Below are positions 24,346 to 36,930 of a stretch of 64,000 bases of DNA, in pieces. The position numbers and the translations under genes are program-made. The DNA is taken from positions 111,972,001-112,036,000 of the forward strand of contig NC_135889.1 of assembly GCF_964194155.1 (NCBI RefSeq), read 5' to 3'. The stretch is from Cetorhinus maximus (taxonomy: Eukaryota). Positions within the stretch are counted from its first letter, which is position 1. Each line of letters opens with the position of its first letter. Under the pieces are notes generated by a model. The model saw only the letters and a list, made by a program, of their open reading frames with translations. It did no database searches and was not told the origin of the DNA.

Positions 24346-25825
24346 TAAGTAATGAATTTTTATAGTCCAGTACTGCTAAGTCAAACCATCATACTCAGGC
24401 AACCACTGTATTTGTACTGAGTTTAAAATTATCATTCCATTTATTTGCTTCTATGAGCATGTGCTTGTTACAATGTTCAGCATACCAATGTGCAAATTTC
24501 TATGGGAGATGTGAATGAGACAGGGCTACTTATCTCATCAAAAGTCTACGATTAACTCTATCACGAACTCTCCATGACCTATTAAATCCTCGGAGGGTAA
24601 GTTCTGTTTAAATAGCCCCTGATCCCTGCAGGAAATCAAATAAGCCTCGAAGAATATTCAACCATCTCCACATCTCCATTATTGAGCATTCGCCAACAGG
24701 CCTCTACAGAGAAGATTCCCAATCCTCCCTTCATCCACATGCGTAAAAAATATAACATGGATATTTGATCATCTTTTTCTGCATCTATGCTGAAAATCAT
24801 TGATTCTGTTCCCAACCATATAATTATCCACTCTCTTTTTGAGGAAATTAGTCAATAAAAACTCTTCTCCCACATCTGATATTTCTAGTTTTTCTTGAAG
24901 CTGATCATTTGAAACCTGTGTTCACTAATCCTGTCATAGATTAACTCACTTACTGTGTTTCACCTAGACTATTTATGATTATACTATATTTTTTGTGTGA
25001 AGGCAGGAATTCCTTTCCTTGCCCACAGGCTGCCAGCTCCTATCTCCACCAGTAGCTTTATTGAATCAGATGTAGATGGATCCCAAGAACAATAAGCCAC
25101 TTTCCCTTGATGTCCCCCACCTCCAATTCCTCCTTGACCACCGCTTCCCCGCCAGACAGCTCATAAGGGGGATGCCTTTCCCCAACTCCTAATCTATTGA
25201 AAGATTTACCCTTATCAATCTATCTGGTCCATTGAGCTCCCTACATCACCCTCCAGAAAAGGATAATTTATTCCATTCATGATGCTTCAATTTTCCAAAC
25301 AGAGGATGGCAGTTCCATATTAACTTTGAATCTCATTTTCAAGATTAAAGGGTAGGTTCATCGAACCATTGAATTTTCTAACACAGAAAGGCACATTTGG
25401 CTCATCCTGCCTGAGCTGGCACTTGGCTCGAACAATCCAGAGCTAACCCCAGGGCCCTCCCCTCCTCCTCACAGCTGGTATCTTTCTTTGTTTCATCTGG
25501 TTAATCAAAGGATACAATGGTCTCCACCTCATCTGCTCAATTCTATGCTCTGCAGAATTACATTGATCCTCGATTCTCTTTTCACTCACTTGGGAATCAT
25601 TTTAAATTGATAACTCCTCACCACTGACTTCTAAACCTGAAATAATCTTTCCCCATTAACTCTATCAAGAGTCTTCAGAACTAATTAAACAGTAATGAAA
25701 TCATCTCTTAGAGGTGATTTTTTTCTCTTCTTCTGAATGTAATTTATCTTTCGAAATGAAATTTTGATGACTGGTGATGGAAAACACTTTGCTTCCAGAA
25801 CAGGTAGACATTGACTTGAAATGCT

Positions 25826-26480
25826 GGGCTGAAATTTTCCTGCCCCAAAGTTGCAGACTTGAAGGTGGGATGGCTGGGAAAATAGGGATGATTCCCCAAT
25901 GCATTGCCCCACCGTGATATGGCTTGGCTGCCCGCTAAATGGAGGTGGACAGCCATTTTAAGCAATTAAAGCCCCAGTTAGGGGTGATTTTTTCAGGCTT
26001 GCTGGCATTTTCCCACTGAGGTAGCTTTCGTGCAGCAGGCTGGTAGGGAGAGGAGAGGGTTCGTCAGGACCAGAGGCTCCATTTCCCAAAGAGGGGGGAC
26101 AAAAGAGGCTCCATCTGCAGGGGTTGGGGGGGCGGTGCTGGGGGTACCTGCCTGCTTGACTGGTCTGAATCTATCGTTGAAATTTCTGCCTTTGAGGGTG
26201 CCTCCATTTTGTGGAGCCGTCAAGGTCCTCACACCTGCCTTAGCAGTACTCACTTCTCCCGGTGTGGCTGCCAAGACTCCAGACCTGCCTCCCTTTGATT
26301 AAATTGGCAGCACCGGGAGCCCAATCACCATCCTTAATAGGACGGCAAACACGGTGGCAGGGAATTTGGAGGCCGCTTTGGAAAATAGCTCAGTCCAGCC
26401 TGGCTCCCAACAAGTGTGGACCTGGGACCCCCATTTGGTCCCGATGTCAGGGCTCCAATGCCCAGGGGAAATTCCTGTCC
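25826..26480. mobile_element. Harbinger-like MITE inserted into a Penelope A tail
   Basis: Imperfect TIRs gggctgaaattttcc / ggggaaattcctgtcc. Penelope A tail sequence is present on both sides. Confidence 0.65.
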
Positions 26481-26644
26481 ATCAACCTAGTTTAGCTCTG
26501 CACAGACGCCGCCTGATATGCTGAACATTCCCAGCATTTCTTGTTTTATTTCGGATTTCCAATTTCCATGGCATTTTGCTCTCAATGTTTGGCAGAATAT
26601 TTGTAATACCCTGGTTTCATAACATTGTCAAAGACCTAGAGTGA

Positions 26645-26836
<192 letters not shown>

Positions 26837-27974
26837 TAAATCAGAACCTATAGGAAGTCAAAAACCATGAACCAGGCAAAATACTTTCTTCCGCCCACTG
26901 AACAGTTTCATTCTTTGTTCTTGTCTTTCTTTGCAAGGCAAGGATCAGTTTTATGGGAGTTGATAAGATGTAAATATGAAATAGAAGACATGAGAATCGG
27001 CTTCTGAAGGAGAAAGATGGAATTATGTTCTTGGGCAGAGGTTGGGGAGAAGCGTGACTCTTCATGACTCTTGTATTTTAACATCAGAGGTAACATTGTA
27101 TTCCCAGTGGGAAGCGATGCTCACAGGGAACGTGATTGGAGACAGTGCTGCCACGTTGTAGCACCAATTCTTGAGCCCACTGGGAGAGTAGGATCACTGA
27201 ATCACCCCCTAATGATGTTTCTCTTTCTTTCAGTTCCTGAGTGACAAGCTGTGCCTTTCCACAGTTTCCTGATTTGATTTCTGTTTCTCAACATATTCTT
27301 TTGCTTTACATTTTGATCTTATTTTTTAGATCACAGCTATTTGCAAAAAAAATGCTTCTGACTTTCCTTATTACCAGCAAATTTTAAAAGCTAAATAAAA
27401 ATTGCCTCATGATTTCTAGACGTCTTTAGCTATCAGAATTTCAACTCGAAATCCAGCAGGTATGCTAAATTGATAGCACAGCACTTCGGACTGTAGGAGA
27501 TGAGGTTGAATCTAGCAAAGCCCAAGAGAAAAAGCTCCTCTACCTCTACAGCTCTAAGTATCTTAAAGGATATTGAATTCTGGGCAGTCCATCTACCCAG
27601 TCAATTGTCAGTTTGAGTCCACAGCATACAATGGGCCTTCATGTAGATTTGAATGAGAATTGGAAATATCACATTGCTGCAGCTGCAGCGATACTTACTC
27701 TTCTGAAATCATTCTTTAGACAGTGACAAGAGCCCTGTCCTGCATCTGACAAGCATTGTGCATGGGAGTGCTGGATGTTGTTACCGGGTGCCAAGAAGTG
27801 GAAAAACTTCCTGCTTCCCGGTTCTGGATCTCACTTCAGCGAGCAAAAGGAATTCAGAATGTGAAAGTTTTGAGAACAATGAGAAGGTTACTAACCTCAG
27901 GAATACATGAAGAAATGAAATATAATGCAACCATTCAACCTAGTTATTTTGTCTGACTGTAGTGTTATGTTAGC

Positions 27975-28195
27975 CAGATTTATTTTATTCATTCTCAGGA
28001 TGTGGGTGTCACTGATAAGGTCAGCATTATCTTTGCCCACCCTTAGATGCCCTGAGAAGATGGGATAATGCAACTGAGTGTCTTGTTAAACAACTTCAGA
28101 AGGCAGTTAAGAATCAATCGCATTGATGTGGAATTGGAGTCACATATAGGTTAGACAGGGTAAGGAGAGCACATGTTAATCCCTAAAGGACATTA
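27975..28195 (-). mobile_element. Partial SINE family S2
   Basis: ggatgtgggtgtcactg...gagtcacatatagg...ccctaaaggacatta matches 12850-13020. Confidence 0.65.
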
Positions 28196-29337
28196 AGTGC
28201 ACACAATATTTCATCTTTAGCAAAACTGTGGAAACATGTATAAATTGCAAATAGATTAAATAAGGCTATCCACTTTTTGGTGCTTATTTTAAGAGTGAGG
28301 AAGTGACTCTTTAATCTGTAAAATTTTACTATGATGGGTTATGAGTGAAATTAACATTTTTCCTCATAATATATTTCCCAAAGTGCCTTAGGGCACAAGG
28401 CTATAACTCAGCAATTGCACCTCAGAGGAGCCTGAGTGTCATGCGTTGTAAGCAGAATTGCCATCAAAACATCAGTCACAAACACCTTGAACCTGCTGTC
28501 AGTCATTGGGTGTGAATCATATGCATATAGTTACATGGTCGCGCAATTTGAATGCAGAAATAGTAACTGCTGCTAATGAAACAGTTTGAATATGGGTAGG
28601 GTATGCATCTTGGTACCATCCTGTCAGAGAAGGAACCACACCAGTCACACAGAAGACAAAGGGCAGGATATGGCTGTGACAACTTATTTATCGTCAACTC
28701 CTGCATTTTAACGTAGATTCATCATTCTAAGAAGGAACCTCATTCACATGTAGCTATTTGGCGATACACAGCCCATGACTGACTATTAATTTTAATTGTC
28801 AGCAAATCTCAGGTGGTACACCCACAATTTCCCATACTGCCTTAGACCAAAATCTTAGCTTGCACTCCAGGAACCTTGGGAACGTTTTCTTTTGTACCAA
28901 TCTTTCCTTCCTTTTTCAGTCATTTGGGAAACAATTCCAAGGCCTAGTATATTATAATTTCACGTCTTAGTTTCTCAATGTTTTATCTTCCCTCGCAAAT
29001 TCATCTTTAGCTTAAATTTTACTTTAAAAAAAAATCCAAGCTTTTTATCTTACTGTGCTCAAATAGACAAAAATCATAGCATGATGGCTCAGATTTTACA
29101 GTTAGCAACAAAGTTACAATGCTTGTGGCTGACCTCGAAGAAAGCTGCCCACAAAGATCTCGTGATTTCTATGGCGTGGAACTTTAGACATGCAGCTGCA
29201 GTGATGACAGCAAGCATGGCAGCAGCCAATCATATTGAAGTATTCTTACAGGCAGCCAACCAGAAAGTTAAAAGCACTGAATCCCATAACTTTTAATTTA
29301 CATTTTCAGGTAAGGGAATAAATGGTTATGATTGGAT

Positions 29338-29606
29338 ATTTCTGAAAAGAGAGATATGTTATTAAAGTTTTTTGTTTTGCACTCAACAGGACAAACCCAG
29401 ATTGCAAAATTTGCTTTCTTCATGGCAATGCCAATCAGAGTCAACTTTCCAACCAATCAGCACCCTTTTCTTCCTTTAGTATGAATAATGATCCTTTGAA
29501 ATTTGACATTCTTGCATTTGTCATGATGAGTGCAAGACGAAAAGCTTCAGCGACATGTTTCCCTTTTCAACAATATTCACATTTTGTACTACCAAGCAAC
29601 TGAATT
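29338..29606 (+). mobile_element. Penelope family B solo-pLTR remnant with inverted 5' copy and 9-bp TSD
   Basis: Flanked by tgattggat (29329-29337 and 29607-29615). About 29335-29412 is an inverted copy of about 29499-29577. CCAAT boxes at 29431 and 29453 match 21901-21930. Confidence 0.75.
29511..29555 (+). ncRNA. Minimal pseudoknotted hammerhead ribozyme relic (Penelope B)
   Basis: CTTGCA-tt-tgtc-ATGATGA(C3>A)-gTGCAAGac-GAAA-AGCT-TC^. Loop II TGCAAG is complementary to upstream CTTGCA, and stem III is the palindrome AAGCTT. Confidence 0.7.
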
Positions 29607-30252
29607 TGATTGGATTAAGATAGAAGTAAAAATAAAGATAGACAAACTTTAAACAATATATTTAATTTGAAAAAATATGTGGAATTTCTTTTGTCATAAT
29701 GGAGAATATTGACATTCCACAAATATAAAATTAGTACCCATGAGGATGTTCAGCATTAATTAAGAATAGAGCATACTGTTGCAAACTCAGTTACACCTCA
29801 TTCAATAAGGTGTAACTTTTTCAAAATTTTTTTACAGTGAGATTAACAGGATAGGGCAGGAAGTTTTCATCAATTAAAAGATTTCCCATTGATTGTGGTC
29901 TGGGGAGGATAGGCTCAACAGTGCACCCTCTGGAGAAGCATAGAACCATTGACAACAGCTTCTGAATACCTGTGGTATTCTGTACATGTGCAGACTCCTG
30001 AAGTTGTTGTCCATTTCACTAGAGTATTGATGATGGTGTTGACTTTTCACTGTCATTGCTACCACAAAATCTGAGCCATTATAGTACATCTTCAAGATCA
30101 AATGTTAATTCCAAGAAAATCACACTGATGTGGGGGGGGAAAAAAAAACTTTTCCAGATTTCGTTGCAAATCAATTGCAGTTCCCGTATGCCATTGCCAA
30201 AATGTTCTTAAGGCTTTAATGTTTTTATTTTCTTTCTTTAAAAAAAAATCAG

Positions 30253-30453
30253 AAGATAAAACCTGGACTGTGATTCAGCACAACAACACTGAGCTAACCA
30301 TAGTGCGAGGCTCTACTGCAGAAAAACCTCACCTCGTGCATTTTAACTACAATGCCAGCATGGAACAGCTTCAAGCCATGATTAACAGTATGGACTACTG
30401 TGAGCAGAAAGTGGCCTACCACTGCAGGAAGTCACGCCTTTTAAATACGCCCG
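30253..30453 (+). CDS. CNTNAP5: Coding exon (201 bp) of the CNTNAP-family gene; fibrinogen-like domain
   Basis: Acceptor tcAG| and donor |GTaagt. Translates (E)[79 protein letters not shown] and VAYHCRxSRLLNTP resemble CNTNAP5 most. Lies within ORF 30219..30479. Confidence 0.95.
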
Positions 30454-32084
30454 GTAAGTACATGTGCCAGAAATTATGAAACTAATTATGTTGGAACATT
30501 AAAGTTTAAAATCAGTCTCTTCCTTCTCATTGCAATGATCAAGAAATGCCTAGTGCAAAATTAGCTTCAGTCAGAAGGCATTACTTCTGTTTGACACTGG
30601 AGTGTCATGCTCTACAGTGCTATCCTAATAAACTGGGAACCTTCACAGGCAATGCATAATGATTGCCCTAAATCAAATCTCGATGTCAGGAGAACATATG
30701 GATGGTGCAAAAATGATGAGGAAAATGTATTGGTTGCTTAGATATTAGATAAATACATTAGGTACTTTGATATGCCTAAAAATGACAAATATAATGGAAT
30801 TAATGTATCATACATTTTTATATTTTCCCTCCACTCGCTAACCTGCATCATTCCTTAGTTCCTTGGCATTATGTAACTGACTGATGGAAGATATGAAATG
30901 TATCTAGAGCACACTAACTTGATGTACTGCTTATTTTCCTCTAATTTCTGTAGGTTCACACCTAGGCTTGCTCACCACCTTCCTTAACTCAATAGGCCAG
31001 ATCAAGGCCTCTATATGTAGAGCATGAAAGCTGTATGTGCATAATTTACCATTCTGGTCCAGTTGTGTTAATAATCAGGATGTCTATTGACACCACTGTA
31101 TCAGCAACAAGATGGGACTTATGGCAGGACTTAGAAGAAACAAATGCAGTTTACAGCGAACAAAGATAATTTACTCAACAAATAAAGCAAACAAAGGCTC
31201 ATTAGAAAGTCTATTTAATAAAATTATCTAAGAATTGCAGCAAAGAGAACTCCTGAACAAAACTGCAGCAACTTCTACCAATAAAAGCAGGATTATTTTT
31301 CCAACAAAGTGCAATCAGTGGAGGGTAGTTACATTATGTTAATTATGACTGCAAAGTCAATCCTCATTACTTACAACCTACAGCAGTGTAGTCTCCAGAC
31401 ATTATTGATGGGGGAATTACCCAGTCCTCTCCATTCTGGTCAGGAGTAGTGGTGGCATTATAATCTAACCCACCACACCACCAGGTAGTAGATAAAGCTA
31501 CAAGTATATTAAAGGAAATAGTATCCCAACACAACAATGTTCAGGCATCAGTCTCAGTAGGTAATCCAGTTGTAGTGTGCATGGCAATGTGGCGCAATTA
31601 AAGCATAAGAAAGGTTCTGGAGTAAAAGCTTCAAACAGCTTTATTCACTTAAGAAAGATGTGCAAGAACCTACAATAGCAGGTCACAAAGGCCTATTCAG
31701 TTTTGACAGGCAAAACGCAGTACACAGCTAGTAGAGCAGAAGGTGACTGCTTACCTGTCTCTGCTTGGCGAGTTCAAAGTTTTTGGACATTGGCTTAGTA
31801 ATGAAAAATGTGGAAATGTAAACAAGTCAGGAAAAATAGCATTCCATTAGGTGCGGAACCTAATTGAATAATCTATTTTTAATTCAGACCTTTGGTGGCT
31901 TCATTTTAAAAGTGCACCTGGTTTTGGTAACCTGCCTTTTCTCTGAAGCTGACTGGAGCTATTTGAAGTTTGGACAACTTAAGAATTCTATAGGGAAAGA
32001 AGCTCTGCTTCTAGCATTATTGAACTCCCCATGGTTTTATTTTGCTTTGTATCTGTTACAGTTCTGTCATGTAGTAAACATTAA

Positions 32085-32710
32085 GTGAAGGATTTTCCCC
32101 CAGGCGTAGGGGGGTTGTGCGGAGGTGGGCAGGAGCGAGCCGAACCCGATTGGCGCCCCCTATCAGGTGCGCGCTGCCATTTTACGTGGGAGGGCCAATT
32201 AAGGCCTGCCCAGCGTGACGCCTGCCCGAAAGCGCTGAACGCTCCCTGTGCGGATGGGGGAGGGGGATTTCCTGAGTCAGGGCCTGCGCTCTTTCACGCA
32301 TGCGAAGAGAGGTTTAACTTCTGGAAAATGTAATAAAGTTGAAAAAAAAATGTTAAGGACATGTCCCCTCATTTGAAACTGTCACATGAGCTGGGACATG
32401 TCCATTAATTTTTTCAAAAATTTTTATTAAATTAATAAACCCTTCATGAGGCCTCATCCCACCCGTGGATGAGGTTTCATGAAAAATGCGAAGGCCGCCT
32501 GGGCTCTTCGCCTGCCTCCCCAACCTTAAGTTTGGACGGGGCAGCTTTCTTAACAGCTTTAATTACTTTGGTGATGGCCTTTGACCGTTCGGCAGGCGCG
32601 CAGCCGAACTGACAATCTAAATGACGCATTGTGACGTCAGGGCGCCCGTCTGACATCACTGTGTTTCATTTTACGCCCCGCCCCCACTCACCGACAGGAA
32701 AATTCTTCCG
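32085..32710 (+). mobile_element. Hairpin-rich MITE, family copy B
   Basis: TIR-like gtgaaggattttcc / ggaaaattcttccg, preceded by taa. Shares long blocks with 2094-2783, e.g. ccaaccttaag.ttggacgggcagc. Confidence 0.8.
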
Positions 32711-32963
32711 AAAGAGTTGCAGCTTTCATCTGAGCTAATTACCTTTAATTCTTTGGTTGCCAAGGCAAATCATGTTTTCTTGTAAGACCATTATTTGATT
32801 GCACTTTTTCTCGCACTGTGTCATTTCAACGAGATAAAATGTTCTTACCTGAAATAGAAATACCTAAATTTCCTCCTAACTTTACCAAGATTAGGCAGAA
32901 TATGTTCAATGAATCTAAATCCATATAAATCTCTCACTTAGTGGCGCACAGAAACATAGACAA

Positions 32964-33608
32964 GAGTCTAACGTTTCACGGGCGAGCATGTGCCCGACCC
33001 GTCAGGCTGCGTACTCGTGCGATATCTCACTCGGTGGGCATGCACGGCAGTCGGGAGCGTACTCAGCAACAATTAAGCCCATTAAAGAGACACTTGAAAG
33101 CAACTTTTCATGACCCGTCTACAGTTTTTCAGTTGGGTGGACAAGCCAATCGGCCAGGCGGCCTTTACATTTTTGGTCAAACCTCGATCCAGGTTTCATC
33201 CCAATGAAATCTCCGTGGGGAAATAAAATAAAAAGAGATATCTGGGGACTTTTTTTTTTATGAGGGATGCTTTCAGGTGCTTGATTGTGCTTCATGGACA
33301 TATTTTGCAGCATGTTTTGTTGTTGTGTTTATTCTGTGGAGGTCTGCGGCTCCCTGGGGCAGCTGTCTGCCTTCAGGGAGGTCAGTGGAAGTGCTCACCA
33401 GCACCTGCGGTGCCATCAGCGCCCCCCCTGCTCCCGCCCCCACCGGTAGTGCTGAGCCTTTTTCAGTGCGTGCTTCACACTGTCTGGACGTTAATTAACC
33501 AGCCAGCGTGAAATTGTGGTTGGGGGCCGATTGTGGTCAGGGGTCCGTTTCCCGTCTGCTCCCGGGCCTTCCGATCGCACGTGCCCAATGAGCGAAAAAC
33601 TCAGCGCC
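32964..33608 (-). mobile_element. Hairpin-rich MITE, related copy C (reverse orientation)
   Basis: Homologous to 37813-38367 (ccaatcggccaggcggcctttacatttt...aaacctcgatc) and to the reverse complement of 42329-42665. Confidence 0.75.
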
Positions 33609-33611
33609 ATA

Positions 33612-35195
33612 GGTCTGGAACTTCACAGCGCCAGTGTGGGTGCACGGCACTCCTGGCATCCCGTGAAATAGAGTGTGGGAGGTGTTCCCAACGTCACCAC
33701 GCCTCATCGCGATATTTCGCTGGGTGGGCGTGCCCGAATGTCGGGCCAATTGAGGTGATTAAGGAAGCAATGTACGGAAGGTTTGAGAGGCTCATGCGTT
33801 TTTACGATCGGGTCACGGGATAATCTGGCAGGTGGGGAACACATAATTTGCACTTTCTCAACTCAGGGAGGGATATGAGGCTGAGGATGAAGCGAAGAGT
33901 GTGGAGGTAGGAGGATACATTTCTTGTGTAAGCCTGGACTCTCTAGTTTGCTCTGTGAACCATCTTGCTCATATCTTCTGTATGTAAGGAGGCTTCTACC
34001 CTTAAAGAGGCATTTACAGACTGGCCACAGCATCATTAATTCAGCTCCTCATTCAAACATTTACTTTTGCAAGAACATAGAGGAGCAGTGGATGTAACCT
34101 TGCAGCCATTGACCTGTTGCCCTCCATTTCTGAGCCCCTTCCCCAATCAAAAGTGTGTCCTCTTCACTATTACCCTCCTCGGAAACCCCAGCCTGCCCTC
34201 AACTAGTGCACCTCACCCCATGTTCACAGGCCAACTCTAATATGTCCTTCTCCATCGGAGTCAGCATAGCCAGATTTGGGACATCACCACCAGTACAGTT
34301 CATTCGATCGCAATGTGCTTCCTCTTCTCCTGTGAGGACAAGAGCAGATTCAAGAGTCCCTCCTCGATTTGGCAAAACCTTATATCCTCCTCCTCAGCAT
34401 CACTGGTCCATGTGTCCAACACACTGCAGGACTCCTTCCTCCTAGGCAAGACTCCCATCTTGCCTGGCCCCAGACAGCCTTGTAGACCCAGGACACCTCA
34501 GCAACTGGAGCTGGTGGCTTAACACCTTCCAGCCCCCAGTGCAAGCCCACACATAAACCATCCTTCAAGATGCAAAGAGACTTCCTTACTCACCCTTACA
34601 GAGCGAAGAAGGTCATTCAGCCTCTTCTGAAACTGCACCCTTTGGATAACCCCACAACTGCTGACTACTGCTGCCACATCTGTCCAAGCTTTCTTGCTGA
34701 CATAAGGAGGCCTCCTCTTGTTTTCACGCGGCAGCAGTACCTCCCGGCGATCACTTAGTGCCTGCACGAGTGTCTGCAAGTAGTCATCTGAAAAATGAGG
34801 AGCTGCTTGGCTTTCAGTCATTCCCATGTCCACTTCCCTGGCTTGATCCTCTGGATGACGTTACTCAATGCTGTATACAGTTTGCTACTGCCTTTGAACC
34901 TGCATGAAAAGATTGAATTACTCCTGCCACAATGCAAACTTCCAAAGTTCTTCTCCATAACCTTCGCTGCTTCCTTCCTCTTGTGTCCTTTTAAACCCCC
35001 CCCAACCCACAGCTGACTCCATTGAGGTGCCCACCCTGTACCGCCACCTGCCCCCTACTTTCACGCATAACTGGCCCTCTCAAACAACAAGTTTCACATT
35101 GGGCGGCCATTGCGTGATTGCTGTTGGCTGCCAGTCTCGGGCAGAAGTGGAGTTTACATCTGCTTCCGGGCTACACTGACTGAAAAATTCAAGCC
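33612..35195 (-). mobile_element. Internally deleted Harbinger element with Myb/SANT ORF remnant (34519-34833)
   Basis: ORF reads AAPHFSDDYLQTLVQALSDRREVLLP...KKAWTDVAAVVSS...QKRLNDLLRS. Imperfect TIRs ggtctggaactt / aaaattcaagcc with a 3-bp TSD ata (33609-33611 and 35196-35198). Confidence 0.8.
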
Positions 35196-35249
35196 ATAAT
35201 TATGATCAAACCATGAAAATATATCACAACAATGACAGAAAATTGTATT

Positions 35250-36930
35250 AATATAATGTGTTTAGCATAGTAGAACATCCCAAAATGCTTCACAGGAGCA
35301 TTATCAAACAAAGAATGCCACCGAACCACCTCAAGAAATGTTAGGGTTGGTAACCAAATGGTTGGTCAAAGAGGTTTTAAGGAGCATCTTAAAGGAGGAA
35401 AGAGAGTAAGAAAGGCTAAAGGGTTTTAGGGAAAGAACTCTAGAGCTTAGGGGTGGAATCACCCCAGAATTACACTACGTGCGCTAACGGGCATGATAAA
35501 CGGCGTTGACCCAACAGCCGCAATGACGGGTTTTCACGCTGTATCATCCGCTTCCCACCTCGTAAATTATGCAGCCACAGGAAACACGCCGTTTTGCTGG
35601 CGGGCGGCATCTGAATCACCCACCACGCCGTTATCTCACCGTTTCCTCGCTCCAGGTGCCACATTTAAACTGCAGCCGCCCACACAGTTCTCAATGCTTG
35701 CAGCCCAGGACTTCTCCAGTGAAGACATGGCCTGAAAGACAAGAAGAGTTCAGTGACCTGTCAATGGAAGGCCTTTTGGCCCTGCTGTGGCCGCAGAAGG
35801 TCCAGCAATCTCACCACTCTAGTTTGGGAGGTGGAGTCAGTGGCGGTCATTGCCAATGCTGCACACAAAAAAAAAATTGGCCATCCAGTGCAGAAAGAGA
35901 ATGATCTCATCCATGCCGCAAGAGTAAGGCAACCATCTTATCACTCCAAGCTCACACACTCGCAAGATCATCACACATTCACTGGCATCTCACTCACTGT
36001 CAGCTCAAGGGACATCCCCACTCACTCTCTCTTACTCACATCCTCAAATCTCCATCTGGCCTCATCTCCTCCGGAGACTGCCTCCTCAGCCCTCGCCGTC
36101 GACTGATACGTGGAAAATTACAGTGTGTTCAGGTGATTGTGCTGACGGGCAGCATGTAAACAAGAGGTGGGGGCAGGTGCAGGACTAGATCCTTGAGGGA
36201 CAGAGATAATGGTACAGGACCAACAAGAGAAACCATTGCAGGTGATTCTCTGGCTCCAATGAGATAGAAAAGAATGGAGCCAGGTGAATGCAGTCCCACC
36301 AGCTGGACAAGGGGTGAGAGATGTTGGAGAAGAATGATGTGGTCAACCACATTAAAAGCAGCAGACAGGTCAGGACAGATGAGGAGAGACAGTTTACCTT
36401 TTTTGGAGTTGCATAGAATGTCATTTGTAACTTTGTTAACAGCCATTTCTGTACTCTGGTGGATTGGAATCCTGATTGAAAGGATTCAGATGTGAATTTC
36501 TGGGAAGAATGGGTAAGGGTCTGGGAGAAGACAACATATCCAAGTGCTTTGATGAGGAAAGGCAGTTTGCAGATGGGGTTGTTAATTTGCAAAGGATGGA
36601 GGCATGAAACATTGTTTTTGGGGAGAGAGGAGATCTTGGAAGATTTGAAGGAGAAGGGGATGGCACCTGAGAGGAAACAATTAAGAACATCAGCCCAGTG
36701 GGTGCAGGAAAGGAAGGTGGGTGGTCAGCAGCTTAGTGGGATTGGGTTGACGAAGCAGGTACATGGGCCTCATGGGTAATATGAGCTCAGCGGTGGCGTA
36801 AGGGAAAATAGGAGAGATGCTGAAGATTGATGCATTTTCAGGACTAGAACAGGAGGAACATGAAAGCAGGTTTAGGTTGGTGGGCTAGGGGAAGGGTGGG
36901 AAGTGACAGCGATGACAGATTGGAGGTTAA
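35250..36930 (-). mobile_element. L2 LINE remnant, interrupted by a Harbinger fragment at about 35450-36125
   Basis: Minus-strand ORFs give ESFQSGF and KVTNDIL...DLSAAFNVVDHIILLQHL (L2 RT). The L2 3' tail is at about 35250-35450. Confidence 0.8.
35450..36125 (+). mobile_element. Harbinger 5' end with frameshifted Myb/SANT exon
   Basis: Starts ggggtggaatc after tta. 35750-35930 gives FSDLSMEGLL.../LVWEVESVAVIANAAHKK/..IQCRKR.NDLIHAARVR. Confidence 0.65.

Larger units (their letters stand above)
29085..30078. mobile_element. MITE with perfect TIRs, 175 bp upstream of the 201-bp exon; contains a nested Penelope B remnant
   Basis: atggctcagatttt (29084-29097) is the exact reverse complement of aaaatctgagccat (30066-30079). 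The flanks tga/tta resemble a Harbinger TWA TSD. Confidence 0.8.

Noticed and set aside
31061-31540. Solo LTR on the minus strand (also about 3930-4930, 8529-8753 and 56640-56870)
   Set aside because: TG..CA-like ends and antisense poly(A)-like signals are suggestive, but there is no TSD or second copy to fix boundaries.
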